This document shows, one piece after another, positions 12,978 to 23,975 of a stretch of 42,182 nucleotides of DNA. The translations under genes and the position numbers were made by a program. The stretch's first letter is position 1; each line of letters begins with the position of its first letter. The notes beneath the pieces were generated by a model, which had not been told where the DNA came from, did no database searches, and was given only the letters and a program-made list of their open reading frames with translations. This DNA is from Octopus bimaculoides (lineage: Eukaryota), in assembly GCF_001194135.2 (NCBI RefSeq), contig NC_068990.1:33196358-33238539 (forward strand), in the 5' to 3' direction.

Positions 12978-13682
12978 TTCTTTTTTTTAATTCCTTTACT
13001 TGTTTCAGTCCTTTGACTGCAGCCATGCAGAAGTACCACCCTTAGCTGAGGAAATAGACCCCAGGGTTTATTCTTTGTAAGCCTAGTACTTATCGGTCTC
13101 TTTTTGCCAAACTGCTACGTTACAGGGATGTAAACACACCAACTTCGGTTGTCAAACAATGGTAGGGGACAAACACAGACATACACACACACACACATGC
13201 ACACCCACGAATACATATATATATATATATATACATATCATCATCATCATCATCATCATCGTTTAACGTCCGCTTTCCATGCTAGCATGGGTTGGACGAT
13301 TTGACTGAGGACTGGTGAAACCGGATGGTAACACCAGCCTCCAATCTGATTTGGCACATGTTTCTACAGCTGGATGCCCTTCCTAACGCCAACCACTCAG
13401 AGAGTGTAGTGGGTGCTTTTACGTGTCACCCGCACGAAGACCAGTCAGGCGGTACTGGCAACGGCCACACTCAAAATGGTGTATTTTATGTGCCACCTGC
13501 ACAAGAGCCAGTCCAGGGGCACTAGCAACGACCTTGCTCGAAAATCCTATGAAGGCCAATCAGGCGGTACTGGCAACGGCCACGCTCAAATGGTGTATTT
13601 TATGTGCCACCCGCACAAGAGTCATATATATATATNNNNNNNNNNCTCAAATGGTGTATTTTATGTGCCACCCGCACAAGAG

Positions 13683-13720
<38 letters not shown>

Positions 13721-13876
13721 GATGGGCTTCTTTCAGTTTCCATTTACCAAATCTACTCACAAGGTTTTGGTCAACCTGAGGCTATAGTAGAAAACACTTG
13801 GCCAAGGTGCCTAGTAGTGGGACTGAACCCAGAACCATGTGGTTGGGAAGCAACCTTCTTACCACACAGCCACACC
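12978..13876 (-). mobile_element. SINE family A split by a nested RTE insertion
   Basis: 3' half at 12978-13200 and 5' half at 13718-13876 are collinear with the intact copy at 35164-35570 (reverse complement). Confidence 0.8.
13238..13624 (-). mobile_element. Young 5'-truncated RTE 3' UTR with internal tandem subrepeat
   Basis: (CAT)n, then CGTTTAACGTCCGCTTTCCATGCTAGCATGGGTTGGACG...CAGCTGGATGCCCTTCCTAACGCC. CpGs are retained. A ~70-nt subrepeat starts at about 13441 and 13555. Confidence 0.8.
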
Positions 13877-13959
13877 AAACCATAATATGTTATACTACCG
13901 AGGATATTGCTGTCTTTTCCAGTTAATCTCTATCATTATCGTCATTACCAAGACCATTG

Positions 13960-14255
13960 GTGTTGGTAGTGTCAATAGTGTCATCATTGTCATCATCATC
14001 ATCATTGCTACCGTCATCATCATCGTCATTGCCATCGAAATTGTTACCGTCATTGTCGTTGCCATCATCATCATTGCTGTTGTTATCGTTGCCGTCATTT
14101 CATTGCTGTCATCATTGTTGCCATCATCATTGTTGCCGTCATCATCATCGCTGTCATCATCATTGCTGTCATCTTTGTTGCCGTCATCGTCACTGCTGTC
14201 ATCATTGTTGCTGTCATCATTGTTGCTGTCATTGTCATGGCCATTATCATCACCT
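13960..14255. repeat. Degenerate trinucleotide tract (CAT/CGT/TGT/TGC)
   Basis: Direct reading. It produces low-complexity ORFs in several frames. Confidence 0.85.
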
Positions 14256-15098
14256 AATTCTTTAGTGCCCCGCCCATCCCGATCTTCTAGCTCTCCCTTT
14301 CTCCTTAGGCTCCCACCATCTTTCATCATTTACTCTCTTCAGTTATTGAACTGAAGCCATACTTCAGCCATACTTTGCTTTACATTTTTTGGCTGGTACA
14401 GCCCTCTCTCCTATCTATTGTACCATGTTATGATGTATGTTCCGCAGGGTCAAGGGCGAATAGCTAAGCAGGTGTTTGTATTTGCTAATTATTATACAGA
14501 CACTTAAAACAGTCTATTAAAAGCATGTTAACATGTAGCATAATGATGCTCATTTGTGAGTGATTACTGCAGTATATCTTGAATAGGAGACATATTCCAA
14601 GTGTTTCCTTGACTTGTTGCACTGAGTTCAATAGCTCGAGTGTATAAGCTACTTGCTATAATTCAATATTCTTTCCAAATGAAAATTCATTGTAATTTCT
14701 GACATACAAGTCATTGTAGAGGGCAGCATAAGTACGTAGTGTAAATATCTAAACATCTTCACTGTCTTTCCAAATCATTTTGGTCCTCAAAATTTGCTTT
14801 GGTGCATAAGTCAACCTACCCCTTTTTGTTTTCATCATCATCATCATCTTTTATCCTTTTACTTGTTTCAGTCATTTGACTGTGGCCATGCTGGAGCACC
14901 ACCTTAAAGAGATTTTAGTCTAAAAAATTGACCCCAGGACTTATCTTTGTAAGCCTAGTACTTATTCTGTCAGCCTCTTTTGCCAAACTGCTGAGTTACA
15001 GCTACATAAACACACCAACATCAGCTGTCAACATATTTCATATACATATATATATACATAAAGACACACACACACACAAACACATACACACACACACG

Positions 15099-15210
<112 letters not shown>

Positions 15211-15217
15211 TATATAT

Positions 15218-15248
<31 letters not shown>

Positions 15249-15337
15249 TACATNNNNNNNNNNNNNNNNNNNNNNNNNNNNNNNNNNNNNNNNNNNNNNN
15301 NATATATATATATATATATATAAATATATATATATAT

Positions 15338-15740
15338 AACGTGAAGTATATTTGCCACTTAAATGCGGCTAAACTCTAAGGGTGAATGTTACTGTTGCTT
15401 TTAGCCCCAGGAAATCATCTCCTCCAGCTGGCTATTGACACACATCTGTGTCCTGTCTGTATTTGCAAAGGGAAGTCATCGTTCCCATCTTGATCATGTG
15501 ATACGTACGGACTCGAGTTTCTGGGTATTTACCCGTCATCAGCATACGACAATCACCGATCTTCGATGTGAAAGATGTCCCAATGCAAATACGTATATAC
15601 TTTTTCCAGTGAAAATATTCACTGATCTCGAAAAAGTGAAAACAAGCAATGTAAATTTCTCTACGAGGTATAAACAGTAACTGCATGACAACGCGAAGTA
15701 TATTTGCCACTTAAATGCGGCTAAACCCTAAGGGTGAATG

Positions 15741-15741
<1 letters not shown>
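15338..15741 (-). mobile_element. Retrozyme-like or Penelope pLTR-like unit: 352-nt monomer plus 52-nt terminal direct repeat
   Basis: AACG(T/C)GAAGTATATTTGCCACTTAAATGCGGCTAAAC(T/C)CTAAGGGTGAATGT at 15338-15389 and 15690-15741 (50/52 identical). Contains an internal hammerhead and has (TA)n on both sides. Confidence 0.7.
15504..15548 (-). ncRNA. Minimal type I hammerhead ribozyme
   Basis: Minus strand reads CGUAUG-CUGAUGA-C-GGGU(AAAU)ACCC-A-GAAA-C(UCGA)G-UC^-CGUACG. It has a complete core, a 6-bp stem I, a palindromic stem III (ACUCGAGU) and a GUC triplet. The 10.1-11.1 pair is a C-A mismatch. Confidence 0.85.
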
Positions 15742-15772
<31 letters not shown>

Positions 15773-16337
15773 AATATATATACACATGCAGCAGGTTTCT
15801 TTCAGTTTCCGTCTATCAAATTCACTCACAAGGCTTTGGTTGGCCCAAGGCTATAGTAGAAGACACTTGCCCAAGATGCCATGCAGTGAGACTGCATCTT
15901 GTTGAGAAGCAAGTATAGAAAATAGTATAGTATACAAAATATTGCGGTTACATGGATGATGCAGTTTGCCTAATAAAGGAGAGCCTCCAGCTAAGCTCAA
16001 AGAAGAAATGCCACAGATCCAGGATCACTGTTATTCTCGAATCTGCAGGCACATGCTTAGAGTAGCTCCATTCCCTCTAACAAATTTCATCAGAGTTACC
16101 GACATTTTGACAATGATATAATACAATACACACATACCTACAAATATGATTACACAATTTTACTGATTTCAGTCACTGACTTGTGACTATGCTGGTGCAT
16201 TACAACCAGCCCCCACTACTTATTTTGTGAATCCATGTTTAGTGAACCACTAAGTTATGCTTTAGGATGCAGTATCAACTTTTTTGCAACTATAGCCACG
16301 AACACAGACAGGTATACAGTCTCTCTCTCCCTTTATA

Positions 16338-16500
16338 GGTAGTGGTTAGTGGGGTGTGACACTCACGATCTTGATATCTTAACCTACATTAAGGGTACAC
16401 TTGTCTGTGGAGCGCTCAACCACATGCATGTTAATTTCATGAGCAGGCTGTTCCATTGATTGGATCAACTGGAACTCTTGTTGATCCAACTGGAACTCTT
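16338..16500 (+). mobile_element. SINE family E, older internally deleted copy
   Basis: 16384-16475 is about 89% identical to the reverse complement of 16565-16656. A short tRNA-like head remnant AGTGGTTAG lies upstream. Confidence 0.6.
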
Positions 16501-16534
16501 GTAACTATATATATATATATATATATATTTTTTT

Positions 16535-16775
16535 GTTGGCACTCCGTCGCTTACGACGTCGAGGGTTCCAGTTGATCCGATCAATGAAACAGCCTGCTTG
16601 TGAAATTAACGTGCAAGTGGCTGAGCACTCCACAGACACGTGTACCCTTAACGTAGTTCTCGGGGATATTCAGTGTGACACAGTGTGACAAGGCTGACCC
16701 TTTGAGTTACAGGTACAACAGAAACAGGAAGTAAGAGTGAGAGAAAGTTGTGGTGAAAGAGTACAGCAGGGTTCG
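16535..16775 (-). mobile_element. SINE family E, young copy (5' part lost in gap)
   Basis: CpG-rich repeat GTTGGCACTCCGTCGCTTACGACGTCGAGGGTTCCAG... with a second copy adjacent. Assignment as a SINE rests partly on my recall of octopus repeats. Confidence 0.6.
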
Positions 16776-17741
16776 NNNNNNNNNNNNNNNNNNNNNNNNN
16801 NNNNNNNNNNNNNNNNNNNNNNNNNNNNNNNNNNNNNNNNNNNNNNNNNNNNNNNNNNNNNNNNNNNNNNNNNNNNNNNNNNNNNNNNNNNNNNNNNNNN
16901 NNNNNNNNNNNNNNNNNNNNNNNNNNNNNNNNNNNNNNNNNNNNNNNNNNNNNNNNNNNNNNNNNNNNNNNNNNNNNNNNNNNNNNNNNNNNNNNNNNNN
17001 NNNNNNNNNNNNNNNNNNNNNNNNNNNNNNNNNNNNNNNNNNNNNNNNNNNNNNNNNNNNNNNNNNNNNNNNNNNNNNNNNNNNNNNNNNNNNNNNNNNN
17101 NNNNNNNNNNNNNNNNNNNNNNNNNNNNNNNNNNNNNNNNNNNNNNNNNNNNNNNNNNNNNNNNNNNNNNNNNNNNNNNNNNNNNNNNNNNNNNNNNNNN
17201 NNNNNNNNNNNNNNNNNNNNNNNNNNNNNNNNNNNNNNNNNNNNNNNNNNNNNNNNNNNNNNNNNNNNNNNNNNNNNNNNNNNNNNNNNNNNNNNNNNNN
17301 NNNNNNNNNNNNNNNNNNNNNNNNNNNNNNNNNNNNNNNNNNNNNNNNNNNNNNNNNNNNNNNNNNNNNNNNNNNNNNNNNNNNNNNNNNNNNNNNNNNN
17401 NNNNNNNNNNNNNNNNNNNNNNNNNNNNNNNNNNNNNNNNNNNNNNNNNNNNNNNNNNNNNNNNNNNNNNNNNNNNNNNNNNNNNNNNNNNNNNNNNNNN
17501 NNNNNNNNNNNNNNNNNNNNNNNNNNNNNNNNNNNNNNNNNNNNNNNNNNNNNNNNNNNNNNNNNNNNNNNNNNNNNNNNNNNNNNNNNNNNNNNNNNNN
17601 NNNNNNNNNNNNNNNNNNNNNNNNNNNNNNNNNNNNNNNNNNNNNNNNNNNNNNNNNNNNNNNNNNNNNNNNNNNNNNNNNNNNNNNNNNNNNNNNNNNN
17701 GTGTGTGTGTGTTCGTGTGTGTGTGTCCATGCATGTGTGAG

Positions 17742-17782
<41 letters not shown>

Positions 17783-18074
17783 ATATGTGTTTGTGTGTGT
17801 GTTGTGTTATGTGTGTGTGTGTGTGTGTGAGAGAGAGAGTGTGTGTGTGTATCTTACTGATAAACACTCATGCTCAAACATACACCCACGTATCTCTTTT
17901 TGTGTGTGCACATAAATCTTCAAACTAGAAGCTGAAAATAAAGATTGTTTGCATAGTAATGTTAATTGTTGTTGCTAGAGAAAATTCACTTCTTTTATGC
18001 TAATAATTCTGTTAAGAAACACATATTTACACAATTTCATTTGCCCTCCTTATAGCTCTAAGTTTCTCAATATC

Positions 18075-18270
18075 TGCTAGCAGTATTGTTAATGTGCCAG
18101 ACAGACAATCTCAGCATTTCTTCTGAGTTCAAATGCTATCAAGGTCAGCTTTGTCTTTCCTACATTTGGGGTCAGTTAAATAAATACCCGTCAAGCATTT
18201 GGGTTGATGCAATTAACTACCTTCCCCCTTACAAAGTTTCAGGCCTTGTGCCTGGAGTATAGAGGATTAT
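18075..18270 (+). mobile_element. SINE family B, degenerate near-full copy
   Basis: TTCTGAGTTCAAAT (B box), GGTCAGCTTTGTCTTTC...GGGGTC, ending GGCCTTGTGCC. Confidence 0.6.
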
Positions 18271-18828
18271 AGCCGTGTGCATCTGTGTTTATCTGTAAAA
18301 TAGGATTAGAACCCATATCTAAATATTTAATTTTGCCATTCTTCATCAGAGATAATCTGTTTTGATTGCTGAATTAGATATTAACAAACCTAGAAATAAT
18401 TTTGAATCACTGTATTTGTGTTGCCATAACCAAATACTGTAATTTATTCCATAAGTTTTACTTACAAGGCCACCAGTATCTGGGTACTCAAACTTGCCAG
18501 AAATAGCAACCAATTACCCATCAAATCACACAATTGTCTTTAAATGGGTATAAAAACAGATGGCATGATTGTAGCTAGAACATTGTTCTACTCAATCAGA
18601 GCTGATCTGGGTTAAACAGCAACAAGTCCATAAGAAGCAAAAATAAAGGTGACCAACTGGGCATAAACAAAGTACAAAAGCATGGCAGCTGCACACAGAG
18701 TATGGTGCATTGATCCAATAGATAGCAATGCTGGATGTCTAAAAAGCTGTACATGTACTGTGGCAGTGATACAATAAGAGGGATAGTATTTGCCTTTGAA
18801 TAACTCTTGCTTTCAACTATGAGGTAAA

Positions 18829-19048
18829 TATCAAGGGGTGCTAAAAAGTTCCTGGCTTTAAGGATATTGCAAAAGGTCTGGCTGGAGGCCCTACCTTCCA
18901 AGTTCTTTTACAGGGCTTAAAAAAACTGAAGGGGTGCTGCAGTAAGTGAGTGAATCTGAGATGGGATATGTTCGATAAAATCATAATTAACTGATTCTCC
19001 CGTATTTTCTTTTACTCAAAGCTGGGAACTTTTCAATATTGCCTTGTA
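18829..19048. mobile_element. mariner-derived MITE or internal-deletion derivative
   Basis: Ends (TA)TCAAGGGGTGCTAAAAAGTTCCTGGCTTT and AAAGCTGGGAACTTTTCAATATTGCCTTG(TA) are imperfect TIRs with TA boundaries. Confidence 0.6.
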
Positions 19049-19187
19049 TATTCTGCCATCTCTCCTATCACCTGTCATGTCTTTGATGCTCTGCTGGGTC
19101 AAAAGTGTGTGTGTGTGTGTGTGTTTGTGTATCTATCTATAACTATCAATCTCTGTTTCTCTGTCTGTCTGTCTGTCTGTCTGTCAA

Positions 19188-19219
<32 letters not shown>

Positions 19220-20491
19220 CAGGGGTTGGACAAAATGATGAAAGCATCATAGCATCATAATTTTGAAGTATCTTTAAAACTGTCAAAAGTTTGTTTATTT
19301 TTATGTTTTTTATTTATTTATTATTAGTGTTGCTTAATACGTTTTGCTAAAATTGCTGTTTCTGTTCAGATATTATCAGAAAAAAGGTAATTAAAATTCA
19401 TAAAAATGACAGATCTATCGGACTTTCAAAGAGATCAAATTGTTGGTGCTCGTATGGCAGGTGCTAGCGTAACGAAGACAGCCAAAATGTTTGACGTATC
19501 AAGANNNNNNNNNNNNNNNNNNNNNNNNNNNNNNNNNNNNNNNNNNNNNNNNNNNNNNNNNNNNNNNNNNNNNNNNNNNNNNNNNNNNNNNNNNNNNNNN
19601 NNNNNNNNNNNNNNNNNNNNNNNNNNNNNNNNNNNNNNNNNNNNNNNNNNNNNNNNNNNNNNNNNNNNNNNNNNNNNNNNNNNNNNNNNNNNNNNNNNNN
19701 NNNNNNNNNNNNNNNNNNNNNNNNNNNNNNNNNNNNNNNNNNNNNNNNNNNNNNNNNNNNNNNNNNNNNNNNNNNNNNNNNNNNNNNNNNNNNNNNNNNN
19801 NNNNNNNNNNNNNNNNNNNNNNNNNNNNNNNNNNNGGAGTAAAAACCTACAGAATTGGTTACTAGAGCAGTGGAAGAATGTTATTTTCTCGGACGAGTCA
19901 TGCTTTACCTTATTTCCAACCATCGGCTGAGTATACATGTGGAGACAGTCAAAAGAAGCATTTGACTCAGACTGCCTTCTTTTAACTGTTAAACAAGGAG
20001 GAGGATCTGTGATGATCTGGGGAGCTATATCTTGGAAATCCACCGGCCCAATGGTTTCCCTTCATGGCAGAATTAATAGTTAGAACAATTTAGCATATTA
20101 TCTGATCAAATTCATCCTAAGGTTGCAGAACTGTTTCTAGAGGGAAATGCAATCTTTCAGGATGATAATGCAACAATTCACATAGCTAAAGTTGTTACTG
20201 AATGGCACGAGGAACATTCTAGTGAAGTTGAACATCTTATCTGGCCACCACAGTCCCCAGATCTCAATATTATTTGAACATTTTTGGTGCATTTTAGAAA
20301 AACAGGTAAGGAGTGAATATCACTATAAGAACTGGAGACTGCTTTAGCTGTGAAGAATGGACAAAAATTCCTTTGGAAACGATTGAAACTTTGAATTTAA
20401 GCCATAATTACTGCCAAAGGCGGTCCTACCCCATATTAAAATAAATTTGTCTACAATTCTAAGGTGCTTCTATTATTTTATCCAGCTCCTG
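19220..20491 (+). mobile_element. Tc1/mariner transposon, DD36E (Incomer-like), about 1.27 kb including the gap
   Basis: 29-nt TIRs CAGGGGTTGGACAAAATGATGAAAGCATC and GGTGCTTCTATTATTTTATCCAGCTCCTG (22/29). TA follows the right end, and the left TA reads TG. Confidence 0.9.
19406..20439 (+). pseudogene. Disrupted DD36E transposase
   Basis: MTDLSDFQRDQIVGARMAGASVTKTAKMFDVSR...[gap]...WKNVIFSDES (D 19892)...FQDDNATIH (D 20164)...WPPQSPDLNII(+1)E (20276)...GGPTPY*. Contains in-frame stops and frameshifts. Confidence 0.9.
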
Positions 20492-20541
20492 TATATAAAT
20501 ATATACATATATGTGTATGTATGTGCATATAAATTCATGTA

Positions 20542-20623
<82 letters not shown>

Positions 20624-21852
20624 GAGATTCATAGACAGACAGATATAAATGTAATTGCACAAACAACGAAAAATTCCTTCCTATAAACAAACCTTCTCTA
20701 TATATCATGCTTAACATGAAATATGCATCTTGTGTGTGTAGGTGTGTGTGTACATGCATGCATGCACATGTATTTGTGTGCATGCATGCATGTACACACA
20801 CAAACACACACATGTGCATGTATGAATGGAATATTTATGCAAGTGCTTTTATATGTCTACATGTGTGTGTGTGTGCATGCGCATGCATGTGTGTGCATGT
20901 ATATCTGTAAATTACTACCACCATTTATCAGTGTGCAAGGGTAGAAGAGAGAATATTTAACAATAACCTATCAGAATCTAAAGTTGCCATATTTTACAGA
21001 CTCCAGGGTAAAAAGCTTCTTATGTAGAGAGAGGACAACTCCTTTCAATTAACCTTGCCTACTAAGGTTAGAATCATCCTCACTCATCATCTCATTCTTC
21101 ATCTCACCATGCTTCATCATCTCTCTCTCTCTCTCAATGTTTTCTGAACCTAGACATTATATTGAGACAGAGAGACTGGCACAGATGAATTGTCTACATT
21201 TTTAATAAAGAAATCTTGTCAAAATATAGCAAACTTGTGTTGTAGAATGATGATGATCTGTCTGAAATTGTTATAGTCACTGGCAAGAAAATATATATAT
21301 ATATATGTATATTTATGTATTATAAATACATATATATATATATATATATAATGTTGGAAACTAGAGATCGACGAATCTAATAATAAAATATAATACAAAA
21401 AGAAGATTAAAAATTGTTCCCTGTTATGAATTCTTGTTAGGATGTTGCGGAATGGAGTCATTTTGAGAATCTTGTTTATTCGTTTTTTATATATGTATGT
21501 ATATATATATATATAAATNNNNNNNNNNNNNNNNNNNNNNNNNNNNNNNNNNNNNNNNNNNNNNNNNNNNNNNNNNNNNNNNNNNNNNNNNNNNNNNNNN
21601 NNNNNNNNNNNNNNNNNNNNNNNNNNNNNNNNNNNNNNNNNNNNNNNNNNNNNNNNNNNNNNNNNNNNNNNNNNNNNNNNNNNNNNNNNNNNNNNNNNNN
21701 NNNNNNNNNNNNNNNNNNNNNNNNNNNNNNNNNNNNNNNNNNNNNNNNNNNNNNNNNNNNNNNNNNNNNNNNNNNNNNNNNNNNNNNNNNNNNNNNNNNN
21801 NNNNNNNNNNNNNNNNNNNNNNNNNNNNNNNNNNNNNNNNNNNNNNNNNNNN

Positions 21853-21933
<81 letters not shown>

Positions 21934-22284
21934 ACACACACGCACACACACACACACACATGCTGATAGTTTAATGTTATGTCTATGCAAATATGTGTGT
22001 GAATGCATGTATGCGTATTATATGTTTGTGTGCGGCTGTATAGGAATGTGTACATGTGTATATTTATATTTGTGTATATATGTATACTGGTATGTGTATA
22101 CATGTATATATGTCAAAATCCCCCCATCTCTCTCTCTCTTTTTGCCCTTCTTTCTCTTTTGCTATCTCTCTATATATCTTTGTTAGTCTTTCTTTCATTG
22201 CTTCCAGTTATATGCATGACATTAATTATTGCCTGTATGATAACTTTAATCAAATACCACCATCTCCATCATTAGCTTCTATGT

Positions 22285-22315
<31 letters not shown>

Positions 22316-22659
22316 CCACTACCATTACTGTCATTAATTCTAGTAACATCCCCATTGCCATTACAATCTTAGCCAACACCATCACTGCCACCATCATTGC
22401 TATCACCTGACAGGAGATATATTTATATGAAGTATTCTGGTGTTTGCCTAGCGAATATTTGTCGATGTTGTTAGAGGTGTAAATAAACCCTTAAGTAGAT
22501 TGGGTAATGTCTGTAGAGGAGGAAGGGAGAGTATGTTGGATGATAAAACACAGTAGGAACACAGTTGTCTTGTATTGGGGTTAAGGATTCGTGGTAGCAC
22601 ATAACTTGGAAAGGGATTCAAGATGAATTGGTGTGGAAATAGTAGATAGAAAGAGTGTG

Positions 22660-22778
22660 TTGGTACTTGTTTTATTGACCCTGAAGGGATCAAAAGTAAA
22701 GTTGCCTTTGACAGAATTTGAATTCAGGACATGAAGATGGATGAAGTACTACTAACAATTCTGCCAGTTCACAGCTTA
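22660..22778 (-). mobile_element. SINE family B, 5' part
   Basis: TTGGTACTTGTTTTATTGACCC...AGAATTTGAATTCAGGAC...TTCTGCCAGTTCAC. Confidence 0.6.

Positions 22779-22828
<50 letters not shown>
22779..22828. repeat. (TAA)n microsatellite (tail of the adjacent SINE B)
   Basis: Direct reading. Confidence 0.9.
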
Positions 22829-22831
<3 letters not shown>

Positions 22832-22834
22832 CAA

Positions 22835-23025
22835 CTTCAAAATTTGGCACAAGGCCAGTAATTTTTTAGTGGGAGGAGGTAAGCCAATTACATCGATCCC
22901 AGTACTGGACTGGTACTTTATTTTATTGATTCCCAAAAAGCAAAGTTGAACTTGGTGGGGTTTGAACTGGGAATGTAAAGAGCCAATAGAAATGCTGTTA
23001 ACAGTTCTGCCAGTTCACTACCTTA
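22835..23025 (-). mobile_element. SINE family B, near full length
   Basis: Reverse strand has an A-box-like TGGCAGAACTG, B box CAGTTCAAACC, and 3' end GCCTTGTGCCAAATTTTGAA. Confidence 0.7.
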
Positions 23026-23199
23026 AGAATGATGGTAAGGTGGTGGAGGAGGAGGAGGAGGATAGAGTGATACTATTTATAAAAGGAATTAATCAGGAAT
23101 AAATCTATGTAGACTTGGCAGAAGAATGTGTGAATGGGAGGTGGGGGGAGACACAGCTTAAACGAAACCAATTACTGTCTGTGGATTTCTGCAGAATTC

Positions 23200-23975
23200 A
23201 TTGGAAAAGGTCAAATTCTTTTAGTTGAGAAAAAAATCTTCAGTTAGAACTTCAAGTGATTCAATGAAGAAATCTTTGATACTAAATGTTTTCTCTTGGT
23301 GCAAATATTTTAAGCACTTTTGCAAATGCTCAGATTGTTTTGGCTCAAGAAACTTATATTTTTCAATATATGTTGTTGCTTAGAAAATGGAATATAGTGT
23401 TCAGCTTCCTAGATATCCTTCACTCAGATGCGTGGGAAGTGGTTGTGATTTGTACAAACTGGTATTATTACAAAAACCAATCTGCACTCTGGCTCTTGTC
23501 TATTGTTAAAGGATAACTTGAGATATTAATATGGATGACCGTTTTGATTCTCAAATTTTTCTTGCCACATTCTGTTGCCTTGCTAACAGTAAAGTCCTGA
23601 GTAGGACATTTTCCCAGGTGATTTAGAATGATGTGTTTGTCAGCAAGTGTTCCTTGTGGCAGCTATGTAGTTTTTGGAAGTTACTTCTGACATAGTAACA
23701 ATTGCATCTATTGCAGACGATTTGGCTTCTTGCATAGGCCCTTGAACACATGGTTACACTATTGATGAAGCAGATGGCTAGTGTTTACACCTTTTTGCTA
23801 CCTGTTGGCCAAATTGCAAATTGGAATGTCATCAAGAGATACTGGTATGCATCATCTGAATGTTCTTTTCCTATCTATAGATCACTCAGTGGACTCCAGC
23901 AATAATTCTACCATCAGAATAAAGCAGCTTCATGAAACACATACCGTCTTTGCAGGTGTGGGCCTTCCTTCATAA
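23200..23975 (-). mobile_element. Penelope-like element relic 1 (RT C-terminus, linker, GIY-YIG endonuclease)
   Basis: Frameshifted minus-strand peptides FMKLLYSD..., AICF...SQIVCNRCNCYYVRSNFQKLHSCHKEHL and ILNHLGKCPTQDFTVSKATECGKKNLRIKTVIHIN fit the PLE GIY-YIG pattern VYxIxCxxCxxxY(I/V)GxT..L..R..EH. Confidence 0.65.

Noticed and set aside
13304-13335. CTGAGGA-CTGGT-GAAA hammerhead-like motif
   Set aside because: No stem II can form, no UH triplet follows stem III, and it is antisense to the RTE UTR.
13587-13700. Apparent third subrepeat in the RTE UTR
   Set aside because: The identical sequence repeats on both sides of a 10-N gap, so it is most likely an unmerged contig overlap.
13839-14354. 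Asp/Asn-rich, Ser/Leu-rich and His/Cys-rich ORFs (biomineralisation- or metallothionein-like appearance)
   Set aside because: All frames are open simply because this is a degenerate trinucleotide repeat, and there is no splice or domain support.
15432-15710. 92-aa minus-strand ORF inside the retrozyme-like unit
   Set aside because: It starts at GTG, shows no recognisable similarity, and overlaps the ribozyme. It is probably incidental.
16045-16100. Minus-strand CTGATGA followed by a TTAGAG/CTCTAA hairpin
   Set aside because: GAAA is missing and stem I does not pair convincingly.
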